Positions 53,788-64,000 of a stretch of DNA of 64,000 nt are shown here, in pieces. The stretch lies in the NCBI GenBank assembly GCA_013334765.1, contig JAAXWW010000005.1, forward strand, positions 28,350 to 92,349, in the 5' to 3' direction. The notes below the pieces were generated by a model that saw nothing but the letters and a program-made list of their open reading frames with translations, did no database searches and was not told where the DNA came from. Numbering within the stretch: position 1 is the first letter of the stretch; each line of letters opens with the position of its first letter. The stretch comes from Candidatus Moraniibacteriota bacterium. Its GTDB lineage: Bacteria; Patescibacteriota; Minisyncoccia; Moranbacterales; UBA2206. The position numbers and the translations under genes are program-made.

Positions 53788-54888
53788 TTAGTCAAGGGTT
53801 TTCACCCTGTGGGAATATATGCTCTGGATGATCCCTATGGACACGAACATCATGACCAGTGAGCTTCCGCCATAACTGAGAAATGGCAAAGGGACCCCGG
53901 CGACTGGCGCGATGCCGGCATTCATCCCGATATTGACCAGCATCTGGAAGAATATCATCGAAATGATGCCGATTGCCAGGAGATAGCCGAAATTGTCATT
54001 GGAAAGCCGGGCTATTTCCTTCATCCGATAGAAAAGCGTCCCGAAAAGCAAGAACACGACCGAGGCGCCGAAAAGGCCGAGTTCTTCCGCAATCACCGCA
54101 AAAATGAAGTCAGTATGCTTTTCCGGAAGGAAATTGAGCTGGGATTGCGATCCATGTCCCAGCCCTTTGCCGAACATGCCACCTGAACCGACAGCCACCA
54201 TCGATTGGATTACGTTGTATCCGCTTCCTTTCGGGTCATTATATGGATTGACGAAATTCATTATGCGCTCCTTCTGATAGGGCTTAAGGAAGAACCAGCT
54301 CGATCCGGCTGCCATAATCCCGATCATTGCCAATACGAAAAGATTCTTGCCGCTTATGCCAGAGACCGACAGCATGACCGCCCAAGTACCGATTATTATC
54401 ATCGCCGAACCGAAATCGGGCTGCTTAAGAATCAGGAACACAGGAATGAAAACCAGGACCACTGAAGATATTATCCTCACCACGATGCTCAATTGGGTTT
54501 TCTTTTTGCTCAAGAAGCTCGCCAAGAAGATTATCATGATGACCTTCGCCACTTCGACGGGCTGCAAGCGGAAAGATCCGAATCCTATCCAGCCGGTAGT
54601 TCCTCTCACTGTCGTTCCGAAAACGACGACCAAAGCGAGCAGGATCAAGGAAAAAAAATACAGTTTCGTGCTATGCAGATTCAGCGCGCGATAGTCATAT
54701 ATGGAAAATATGACCATCAGGACGATGCCGATAAACGCGGAGATCAGCTGCTTCTTGAAGTTCCCGAAATCAGGAACAGCGCCGCCATAGGAAACGCTGT
54801 AAAGCGCGAGAAGGCTTATGGAAACCAAGAGCATGACCGCTATGCCACTCACTAAATCGAATTTTATGAATCTGTTCATCGGCAACAA
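53788..54888 (-). CDS. SEDS-family peptidoglycan glycosyltransferase (RodA/FtsW)
   Basis: It is polytopic with the SEDS signatures GWIGFGSFRLQPVEVAK and FLPEKHTDFIFAVIAEELG. MreB is nearby, which favours RodA. Confidence 0.85.
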   Translation of the reverse strand: MLPMNRFIKFDLVSGIAVMLLVSISLLALYSVSYGGAVPDFGNFKKQLISAFIGIVLMVIFSIYDYRALNLHSTKLYFFSLILLALVVVFGTTVRGTTGWIGFGSFRLQPVEVAKVIMIIFLASFLSKKKTQLSIVVRIISSVVLVFIPVFLILKQPDFGSAMIIIGTWAVMLSVSGISGKNLFVLAMIGIMAAGSSWFFLKPYQKERIMNFVNPYNDPKGSGYNVIQSMVAVGSGGMFGKGLGHGSQSQLNFLPEKHTDFIFAVIAEELGLFGASVVFLLFGTLFYRMKEIARLSNDNFGYLLAIGIISMIFFQMLVNIGMNAGIAPVAGVPLPFLSYGGSSLVMMFVSIGIIQSIYSHRVKTLD

Positions 54889-54939
54889 AAAATTAGCTGG
54901 CCTTCACGCCGTCCGTTCCTTATCCTATTTTCTGTTTTT

Positions 54940-55764
54940 CTATTTATATTCCTGGAATTGCTGCGTCTTGAAATATTTCTTCGCGAAAGCGTCAGTGCTG
55001 AAAACATTGACCTCGGGCTGGGCTTCCACATCCGTGACGGTTCCCTGAAAACGGCTGGGCCATGACGCCCTGAAATCGCGCTCTTCCCCGGAATTGACCG
55101 TGCGCATCTCCGTCGAATTGAGAGCGACTATCCTGCCATTGGAATCGCGCAATATTATCTTTATTTTTATGGAAGCGAAATCGAACGGGCTGTTGTTCTT
55201 GAGCAGTCCGATCGCCTCGGCGAATCCCACGCCCGAATTGATTTCGTTATATGACTTGTTCACGATCTTGATATCCGGCTTTTCATAGTATGTGTCGAAT
55301 TCTATCCAGCCGGTTTCAAGGATCGTGAACTCGACGCTAGCAGGACGCGTATTGGAAGGGATGTTGGTTTCCACTATGTATTTCTTGTCTCCGGGAAGGA
55401 TGAATGAATTCCCCTTTTTCTCAGCCAGGATATTCCCGCTCTCATCCTTGAATCTTATCTGATAGGTGAAATTGTCGCTGCCGTATACATTGTTCGGATT
55501 CGCCACTAGCCCGAAAAAATCATACTGGCCCTGGATTGTGCTGTCCAGAATCCCCGCTTCTCCGATGGTCAGATATTTCGCTTCGATCTTTTTGCATGCG
55601 GCGCAAACGCCGCCGCAATCGATATCCTTCTCATTTTGATTCCTTATGCCGTCCGAGCAGGTTTCCTTGGGCTTGGTGCAGGAACGGATCCAAAGAGCCA
55701 GGAGCAAGAAAATAGCCAGATACACGGCTGATATTATGAGCCTTTTCCTTTTGGATTTTTGCAT
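54940..55764 (-). CDS. Hypothetical secreted/anchored protein with an N-terminal Cys-rich segment
   Basis: A signal anchor is followed by CSDGIRNQNEKDIDCGGVCAAC and a beta-rich remainder. Confidence 0.5.
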   Translation of the reverse strand: MQKSKRKRLIISAVYLAIFLLLALWIRSCTKPKETCSDGIRNQNEKDIDCGGVCAACKKIEAKYLTIGEAGILDSTIQGQYDFFGLVANPNNVYGSDNFTYQIRFKDESGNILAEKKGNSFILPGDKKYIVETNIPSNTRPASVEFTILETGWIEFDTYYEKPDIKIVNKSYNEINSGVGFAEAIGLLKNNSPFDFASIKIKIILRDSNGRIVALNSTEMRTVNSGEERDFRASWPSRFQGTVTDVEAQPEVNVFSTDAFAKKYFKTQQFQEYK

Positions 55765-55824
55765 TTCAGTTGGATTTCATATTATAGATATCATTATAGC
55801 ACAATGCTTTCGCCAACAAAAAAA

Positions 55825-55844
55825 TTACGTAACTAATTACGTAA
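55825..55844. promoter_or_regulatory. Two TTACGTAA palindromic octamers 12 bp apart, upstream of the 54940-55764 gene
   Basis: AATTACGTAACTAATTACGTAATT is related to the TACGAAT heptads at 47668-47788. Confidence 0.3.
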
Positions 55845-55878
55845 TTCTTGGATATTCTTTCGTGGTTTTGAATGCATT

Positions 55879-55998
55879 GTTCCCAGCATTGTCCTACTCT
55901 TCCCCCGCCTGAGCGGGGATACCATCGGTGCTGATAAGCTTAACGGCCGAGTTCGGTATGGGATCGGGTGTTTCCTTATCGCTAGAAACACTGGGAAC
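55879..55998 (-). rRNA. rrf: 5S ribosomal RNA
   Basis: The reverse complement reads TTCCCAGTG...CCCGATCCCATACCGAACTCGGCCGTTAAGC...CACCGATGGTATCCCCG...GGGGAAGAGTAGGACAATGCTGGGAA with helix I pairing. The ends are approximate. Confidence 0.85.
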
Positions 55999-56239
55999 GA
56001 TACATTCAAAAAGTGCTTAGAATGCCTTGATCACAGGAGAGAAAAACATGAATGATGCAATGGCAATCAGGATAACAAAAAACACGGCTGATATGAACTT
56101 CAAATTATCAGTATACCTTTTCATAAGTGACTTTTTTAGTAACTGTTAACTGCTAACCGAATCATACCATATATCATGAAACACCGCACATGAGACTTGC
56201 GCCTCATATAAAGTGCTCCACGTTATATGGAAAATAAGA

Positions 56240-59392
<3,153 letters not shown>

Positions 59393-59885
59393 TTTTTGAT
59401 TGATCCCGATTGCGCGGGATCGCTCGGTTAGCAGTTAGCAATTACTAACTTGCGTTTTTTGTTACCTACACTTATTACTTAGCATTTCTTACATGCTAAG
59501 ACGAATAATCACAGATACTTCTCCTAATTCCGCTTCCTTCGGAAAAGATACCCTGATTAAGACCTATTCAATTGGGAAAGTTCGCTTTCGCGGAAAATGG
59601 TTTCAACGACTGAATCGTCGCGCAAACTTATTCTCCGTAAAAGCCTGAATTTGGTAAACAAAAAACCGCCTTTCAAGCGGGTCCTGCGCCAAGCAAAACA
59701 AAAAAAATCACCCGCTTTTGCTATTCAGTTTTTCTTGGATTTTTAACATTAAGTGAGTCTCAGAAATCCTTTCGAATCTATAAGGGCTTCGAGATCAATT
59801 TAAGTGCTTACTCATAATAGCAAACTGAAATAACTTGTCAAGGGAATCGCGGTTATTTTTCTTGCGAATACGGACGATTGGCTGA

Positions 59886-59928
59886 ATGCAGCCATTTTAA
59901 ACCTCAGATAAGGGAAAAATGGCTGCAT
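59886..59928. promoter_or_regulatory. 13-bp perfect inverted repeat downstream of the 59961-60680 gene
   Basis: The sequence is ATGCAGCCATTTT - 17 nt - AAAATGGCTGCAT. Confidence 0.3.
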
Positions 59929-59960
59929 AATAAAGTCTTCGAGTGGTTGGAAAAAACGAT

Positions 59961-60680
59961 TTATGTCTGTTTTTTCCCTTTTTGTTCGTGCTCGTAGTTA
60001 TCCACTATCTCCTCTCGAAGTTTCCTAAGGATCAATTGCGCCTCCTCTTTGCCGCCAAGGCCGAAAGCAAGCCCGCCAGCGATTGCCAGCATGGCAACGA
60101 ATCCGGTGAACATTATGCTTACGAGGGATGACGCGACGCCAAGCTGGATGAGCGCGGCGAATATTCCGAAGATTATGATAGCCCACTTGGAAACGGCCGC
60201 GATAAGCGTTGCTGACATCACTCCGGCCGCCCTCGTGCTTCCCTTGACGATCCTGTATACGAAATTGCCAAGAATGAAGACGAAAGCCAGGATGACAACC
60301 GCAACAATAACATTAGGTATATATACGACGATGCTGTTCAGGAACGCAGTCACTTCCACGAGCTTGAGTATGTCGGTCGCGGCCATCAGGAATACCAGCA
60401 CGAGAAACCACTTGACCAGCCCGCCTAGAAAAGCGGATATGCTCGAATTGACTCCGACACCGGAAAGCTTTCTCCCGAATCCCAGCTTTTCAGCAGCCCT
60501 ATCAACCCTGGCCGTTCTTACTAATTTCTCAACCAGTTTACCGAGGGAAACCGCAACTATCCAGCCCACCGCAAAGACGATTATCGCGCCCAGAAGAATC
60601 GGGAAGAAATCAAGGAATTTCTGGCTCATACCCATAAGCGATATTGTTATAGCTTCCCCCCAAGTCTGTACGTTGTTCAT
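59961..60680 (-). CDS. Polytopic membrane protein with tandem conserved-TM-helix repeats (MscS-associated type), function uncertain
   Basis: It has about six hydrophobic helices and the repeated pattern ILLGAIIVFAVGWIVAVSLGKLVEKLV / VIVAVVILAFVFILGNFVYRIVKGS. The C-terminus is basic. Confidence 0.5.
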   Translation of the reverse strand: MNNVQTWGEAITISLMGMSQKFLDFFPILLGAIIVFAVGWIVAVSLGKLVEKLVRTARVDRAAEKLGFGRKLSGVGVNSSISAFLGGLVKWFLVLVFLMAATDILKLVEVTAFLNSIVVYIPNVIVAVVILAFVFILGNFVYRIVKGSTRAAGVMSATLIAAVSKWAIIIFGIFAALIQLGVASSLVSIMFTGFVAMLAIAGGLAFGLGGKEEAQLILRKLREEIVDNYEHEQKGKKQT

Positions 60681-60782
60681 ATTTTTTCCGTCCTCCGCGA
60701 AGGGCGTTTTTGTTTTTATGCTTATTAAAGAATAGACGGAAACATTTTCAATCCATGTTTCCGTCTATGTGAGGTTCAGATT

Positions 60783-63344
60783 TTATTGTCCGGGCTGATC
60801 GGAGGCGCCCTGTCCCGAATCGGAATTCTTGGTCAAGCCAAGGCTGTCAGGAGTGTTCTCGATTCCTCTTCCGATATTGTCTATCATCTTTTCCAACTGC
60901 TTCTTCGTGTCATTGGAACCGTCTGGCAGAAGCGATTCGACTTTCTGGTATTCCGCCTTGGCCTGATCCCTCTTCTTGTCCTTCTCATATGTCAGTCCCA
61001 AATAGAAATGAGCGTTGATGTTCTTGTCGTCGCTCTGGATGATGTACTGGAATATCTTCTCGGCATTGTCATAATCGCCGTCACCGCCACGGAACCGATA
61101 GAAATTGGCAAGTCCTATGAGATAAGTGGCATTTCCGGAATCGTTCTGCACGGCTTTGGTGGCGTTATCAATAGTGCCATCCTTATCGCCCAATGCATCG
61201 TCAATCAGAGCTATCTGATAATATCCTTCGGCAAAGTTGCTCTTTTCAGACACTGATCGCTCGAAAAATCCTTTGGCATCATCAAGTAATCCCTTTCTCG
61301 TTGATTGATCCTTTTCCAAGGATGCCTCAGCTATTTTTATCTGACCTATCTTGAGCAGCGTTGCGGGGTTATGAGGATCGAGCTGCAATGCCTGCTCATA
61401 TGACTGCTCGGCCATCTTCAGCGAGTCCCCCAGATACATTCCCGAATTCTCATAGACTTGAGCGAGCGATTCTATTGATCCGACATCGTTTTTCTGAAGG
61501 TTGCTTCCGGCAGAAGCGGCATACAGCGAACTGTTGACCAATTGCCGTATGAGATCGACATTGCGGGAATTGTCATCCTTCATGACTTCCTTATTGGCAA
61601 GAATCATATACAGCTCTCCCAGCTTGCTGTAATAAGCACCTTCCCTCGGATTGAGACTTATCGCCCTATTCATCTTCATGACAGCATCTTCCGTGTTGGC
61701 GGAAGAAACCATGACGGCTCTTCCCGCGTATATGTCAGCCGTATATATCTTGCCAAGGAAAACGAAGAGGAAAGCCACCCCGGCGCTTATGACCATGAAC
61801 ACGAATGCCAGAGCCAACGCGAACTTAGGAGAAGCCTTCAGGCTGAGGCTTAGGGTTTTTGTCTGAGTATCGCTTTCGTTAAGGATGGATGCAAGGGCGA
61901 TTATGCCGACCAACGCTGTCAGGATAAGAACCGTTCCTTCCATTTTCATGCTGATAGCATCGATAAGGAGAACGAGTGACGCAGCGAGAAGACCAAGGGA
62001 GTAAAGCTTATTCTTCTCTTTTTCGCGCGAGATGAGATAAATGGAAACACTGACGAATGAAAGGATCAGGATGACCAAGAAGAAAGTTCCAAGCGCTCCA
62101 AGCGTCGCTATCGATTCGAAGGCAATGCCGGTTCCCTGATAGAAACGCAGCATATAGAGCGCATTCTCATTGAAGTATTGGGGCTTATGAAGAGAAAAAT
62201 CATAACCATAAGTGGCAGGACCGGATCCGAGAATGAACCGGTCTTTGAGAGAAGATACCGCTATATCGGACGACAGCTTGTAATTCAAGCTGGCCTCGGT
62301 CGGAAAATTGACTCTGGATATTTGGACTTCTCCTGTCATTCGGATAATCATGACTGCCACGAAAAGCACCATCGGGAGCCAAGCCCAGCTCATCTTGGGC
62401 CGCACTATCTTCGAGAGGATATAGATAAGGAATACGACTATTCCCGAGAATAAACCGATCCAAGGAACAAAGCCGTAAATGCTGAGAAGAAGTATCAGGT
62501 CGAAAAACAACGCCGCAAGCAGCACTCCGACAGACACCCTATCCATGATTCCCATCTTGTCTTTTTCCGCTAATTTCAGAACCGAAACGGTAAAAAGGAC
62601 AAGCAACGCTGAGAAGTAAGCGCCTAATCCGGTTATTGATCCTGATGCACTTAGCGGGATGAATTGAGCGAAATGACCTGAAACGAGAGAATCGACTGTT
62701 CCGCCAATGAATGGGATCTTCAGAAAAATCAAAGAGGACCAGAAAACCAGGATCGCTCCGCCGCCGACCAGACCGAAAAGTATTGAGCGCAGCCTCCTCT
62801 GATCGAAGTTGCTTATGATCAGGTAATAAAGAATGATTACCGCGGTTATGGACATGAATCCGCGAGACGGATCTCCGAAAGCTCCCCAGAAACTATGCCA
62901 GCGATCAACGGAGAAAAATACCGACAGAAGGCATGCGGCCCAAAAGCCGACAATAGGAATGTCCAGCGGGGTGCGCTTTATATTCATCTCTTCCGTAATC
63001 ACGCCCTTCGCTGCCCAGGAAACCAATGCCAGGAGAAGCCAGAAATAGAAATAAAGCTGCTTTTCAAAAACTATCCCTTGAAAAGACAGGCTCGTGAAAT
63101 AAAGAGGTATGCCGATCGCTATCATGAAAACGCTCAGTCCGATTATCTTATCGAACAGGCCAAGAACGAATCCCGAATTCCTTTTCTTCCCAGAATCATC
63201 TTTCATGCCCTCTCTCTTCAGCTGCATATTCATCAGCCTCGACATCCTGCTTTCATTGGACATACTGGAAAAGCTACCCGTATTCGCATCGATGCCTCCG
63301 GTCTTTATTTCAACCTTCATCGCCTCTTCGGAACGTGTTTCCAT
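60783..63344 (-). CDS. O-antigen ligase (Wzy_C)-like polytopic membrane protein with C-terminal TPR repeats (853 aa)
   Basis: It has 10 or more TM helices. The extracytoplasmic C-terminus carries TPR-like AISLNPREGAYYSKLGELY, QALQLDPHNPATLLKIGQ and FQYIIQSDDKNINAHFYLGLTYEK. Confidence 0.7.
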   Translation of the reverse strand: METRSEEAMKVEIKTGGIDANTGSFSSMSNESRMSRLMNMQLKREGMKDDSGKKRNSGFVLGLFDKIIGLSVFMIAIGIPLYFTSLSFQGIVFEKQLYFYFWLLLALVSWAAKGVITEEMNIKRTPLDIPIVGFWAACLLSVFFSVDRWHSFWGAFGDPSRGFMSITAVIILYYLIISNFDQRRLRSILFGLVGGGAILVFWSSLIFLKIPFIGGTVDSLVSGHFAQFIPLSASGSITGLGAYFSALLVLFTVSVLKLAEKDKMGIMDRVSVGVLLAALFFDLILLLSIYGFVPWIGLFSGIVVFLIYILSKIVRPKMSWAWLPMVLFVAVMIIRMTGEVQISRVNFPTEASLNYKLSSDIAVSSLKDRFILGSGPATYGYDFSLHKPQYFNENALYMLRFYQGTGIAFESIATLGALGTFFLVILILSFVSVSIYLISREKEKNKLYSLGLLAASLVLLIDAISMKMEGTVLILTALVGIIALASILNESDTQTKTLSLSLKASPKFALALAFVFMVISAGVAFLFVFLGKIYTADIYAGRAVMVSSANTEDAVMKMNRAISLNPREGAYYSKLGELYMILANKEVMKDDNSRNVDLIRQLVNSSLYAASAGSNLQKNDVGSIESLAQVYENSGMYLGDSLKMAEQSYEQALQLDPHNPATLLKIGQIKIAEASLEKDQSTRKGLLDDAKGFFERSVSEKSNFAEGYYQIALIDDALGDKDGTIDNATKAVQNDSGNATYLIGLANFYRFRGGDGDYDNAEKIFQYIIQSDDKNINAHFYLGLTYEKDKKRDQAKAEYQKVESLLPDGSNDTKKQLEKMIDNIGRGIENTPDSLGLTKNSDSGQGASDQPGQ

Positions 63345-63476
63345 ATTTTTTTGTTTCGTATCTTGACTTAGTTATTTATTGAACGCTGCTTCACTTTTGC
63401 TTATTATAAAAACTATTCGAACAGACGCAAACAACCACGCATCAATTATACCACATGAAATGAAAAATCAAACAGC

Positions 63477-64000
63477 CTACACATCAAGATTCTTGACGCC
63501 TTTGGCATGAGTCTGAATGAAACGGCGTCTCGGCTCAACATCCGCACCCATAAGAACATCGAACATCTTGTCGGCTGCCTCGGCATCTTCGATCTTCACC
63601 TGGATCATCATGCGAGTAGCAGGATCCATGGTTGTCTCCCAAAGCTGCGTCGGGTTCATCTCTCCCAAACCTTTATACCGCTGCATGCTGACACCGGCGA
63701 TTTTCTCTTCTGCCACTCCGCCCTCCTCTTCCTGTTCGGGCTTTCCGGAAGAATCATCCTCTTCTTCCTTTTTTTCTTTGACTTCGACTTCAACCGCTTT
63801 GTTTTTCAATGATTGAGCTTTGAATTTCTCCAGAATCTTGTCCTTCGCCGCATCATTATATACATAATGGACCTCTTTCCCTTTCTGGATCCTATATAGC
63901 GGAGGCTGAGCGATATATACATGACCTCCGGTTATGAGAGGCTCGAAATAGCGATAGAAGAATGTCAGAAGGAGTGTCCTGATGTGGGCTCCGTCGACGT
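63477..64000 (-). CDS. gyrB: DNA gyrase subunit B, C-terminal fragment; the gene continues past the window end
   Basis: The minus-strand frame from the window edge reads [37 protein letters not shown]...[26 protein letters not shown]...[12 protein letters not shown]. An E-rich insertion precedes QRYKGLGEM. Confidence 0.85.
   Translation of the reverse strand, partial: VDGAHIRTLLLTFFYRYFEPLITGGHVYIAQPPLYRIQKGKEVHYVYNDAAKDKILEKFKAQSLKNKAVEVEVKEKKEEEDDSSGKPEQEEEGGVAEEKIAGVSMQRYKGLGEMNPTQLWETTMDPATRMMIQVKIEDAEAADKMFDVLMGADVEPRRRFIQTHAKGVKNLDV

Noticed and set aside
59393-59960. Searched the region upstream of the 23S 5' end for a 16S 3' end or spacer tRNAs (Ile/Ala)
   Set aside because: I found no cloverleaf-compatible sequence and no anti-SD/16S 3'-end motif. 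There are only short hairpins (GATCCCG-ATTGCG-CGGGATC) consistent with processing stems or a promoter.

Overview
The window reads as a gene-dense bacterial chromosomal segment. Gene content suggests a Patescibacteria/CPR-like organism, but that is an inference; I ran no database search. It carries mostly housekeeping genes: an alaS fragment, dprA, topA, a RelA/SpoT homologue, parAB, rpsU, hisS, lepB, an LCP protein, pth, mltG, pcm, trxB, uppS, a polyprenyl synthetase, holB, a Xer-type recombinase, murA, mreB, a SEDS protein, rplY and the 3' end of gyrB. There are two tRNAs (Leu-CAA and Glu-CTC) and a minus-strand 23S-5S rRNA operon with no adjacent 16S. The accessory content I find most notable is listed below.

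1. Two paralogous loci encode FtsK/HerA-VirB4-like (DUF87-type, DPHGE motif) ATPases. In one locus the N-terminal membrane domain is a separate upstream gene. In the other it is fused, and the fused gene ends a five-gene minus-strand operon (28043-36018) that also holds a 660-aa protein with DHH-phosphoesterase-like motifs, an 879-aa membrane protein and two small acidic proteins. This is my candidate for an uncharacterised secretion/DNA-transfer-like system.
2. Two inverted paralogous DinD-like/Bro-N genes each sit 15-45 nt downstream of the same TAGTGATA...TATCACTA palindrome. They flank a block that contains the Xer recombinase and an inverted-repeat-rich 220-bp non-coding element.
3. A 120-bp composite inverted repeat built from TACGAAT heptads lies between mreB and a GT4 gene.
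4. A transmembrane PP2C-like phosphatase carries a C-terminal repeat-rich domain that reads as beta-propeller-like.
5. Two adjacent GT-C (ArnT/PMT-like) glycosyltransferases, and a separate pair of 4-TM ArnE/F-like small membrane proteins.
6. An HD / MazG-like / SLOG-like nucleotide-processing gene cluster.

The supplied ORF track missed the edge-truncated alaS. Many long antisense shadow ORFs in the track were rejected. All boundaries were read by eye from the sequence, and rRNA ends are approximate.
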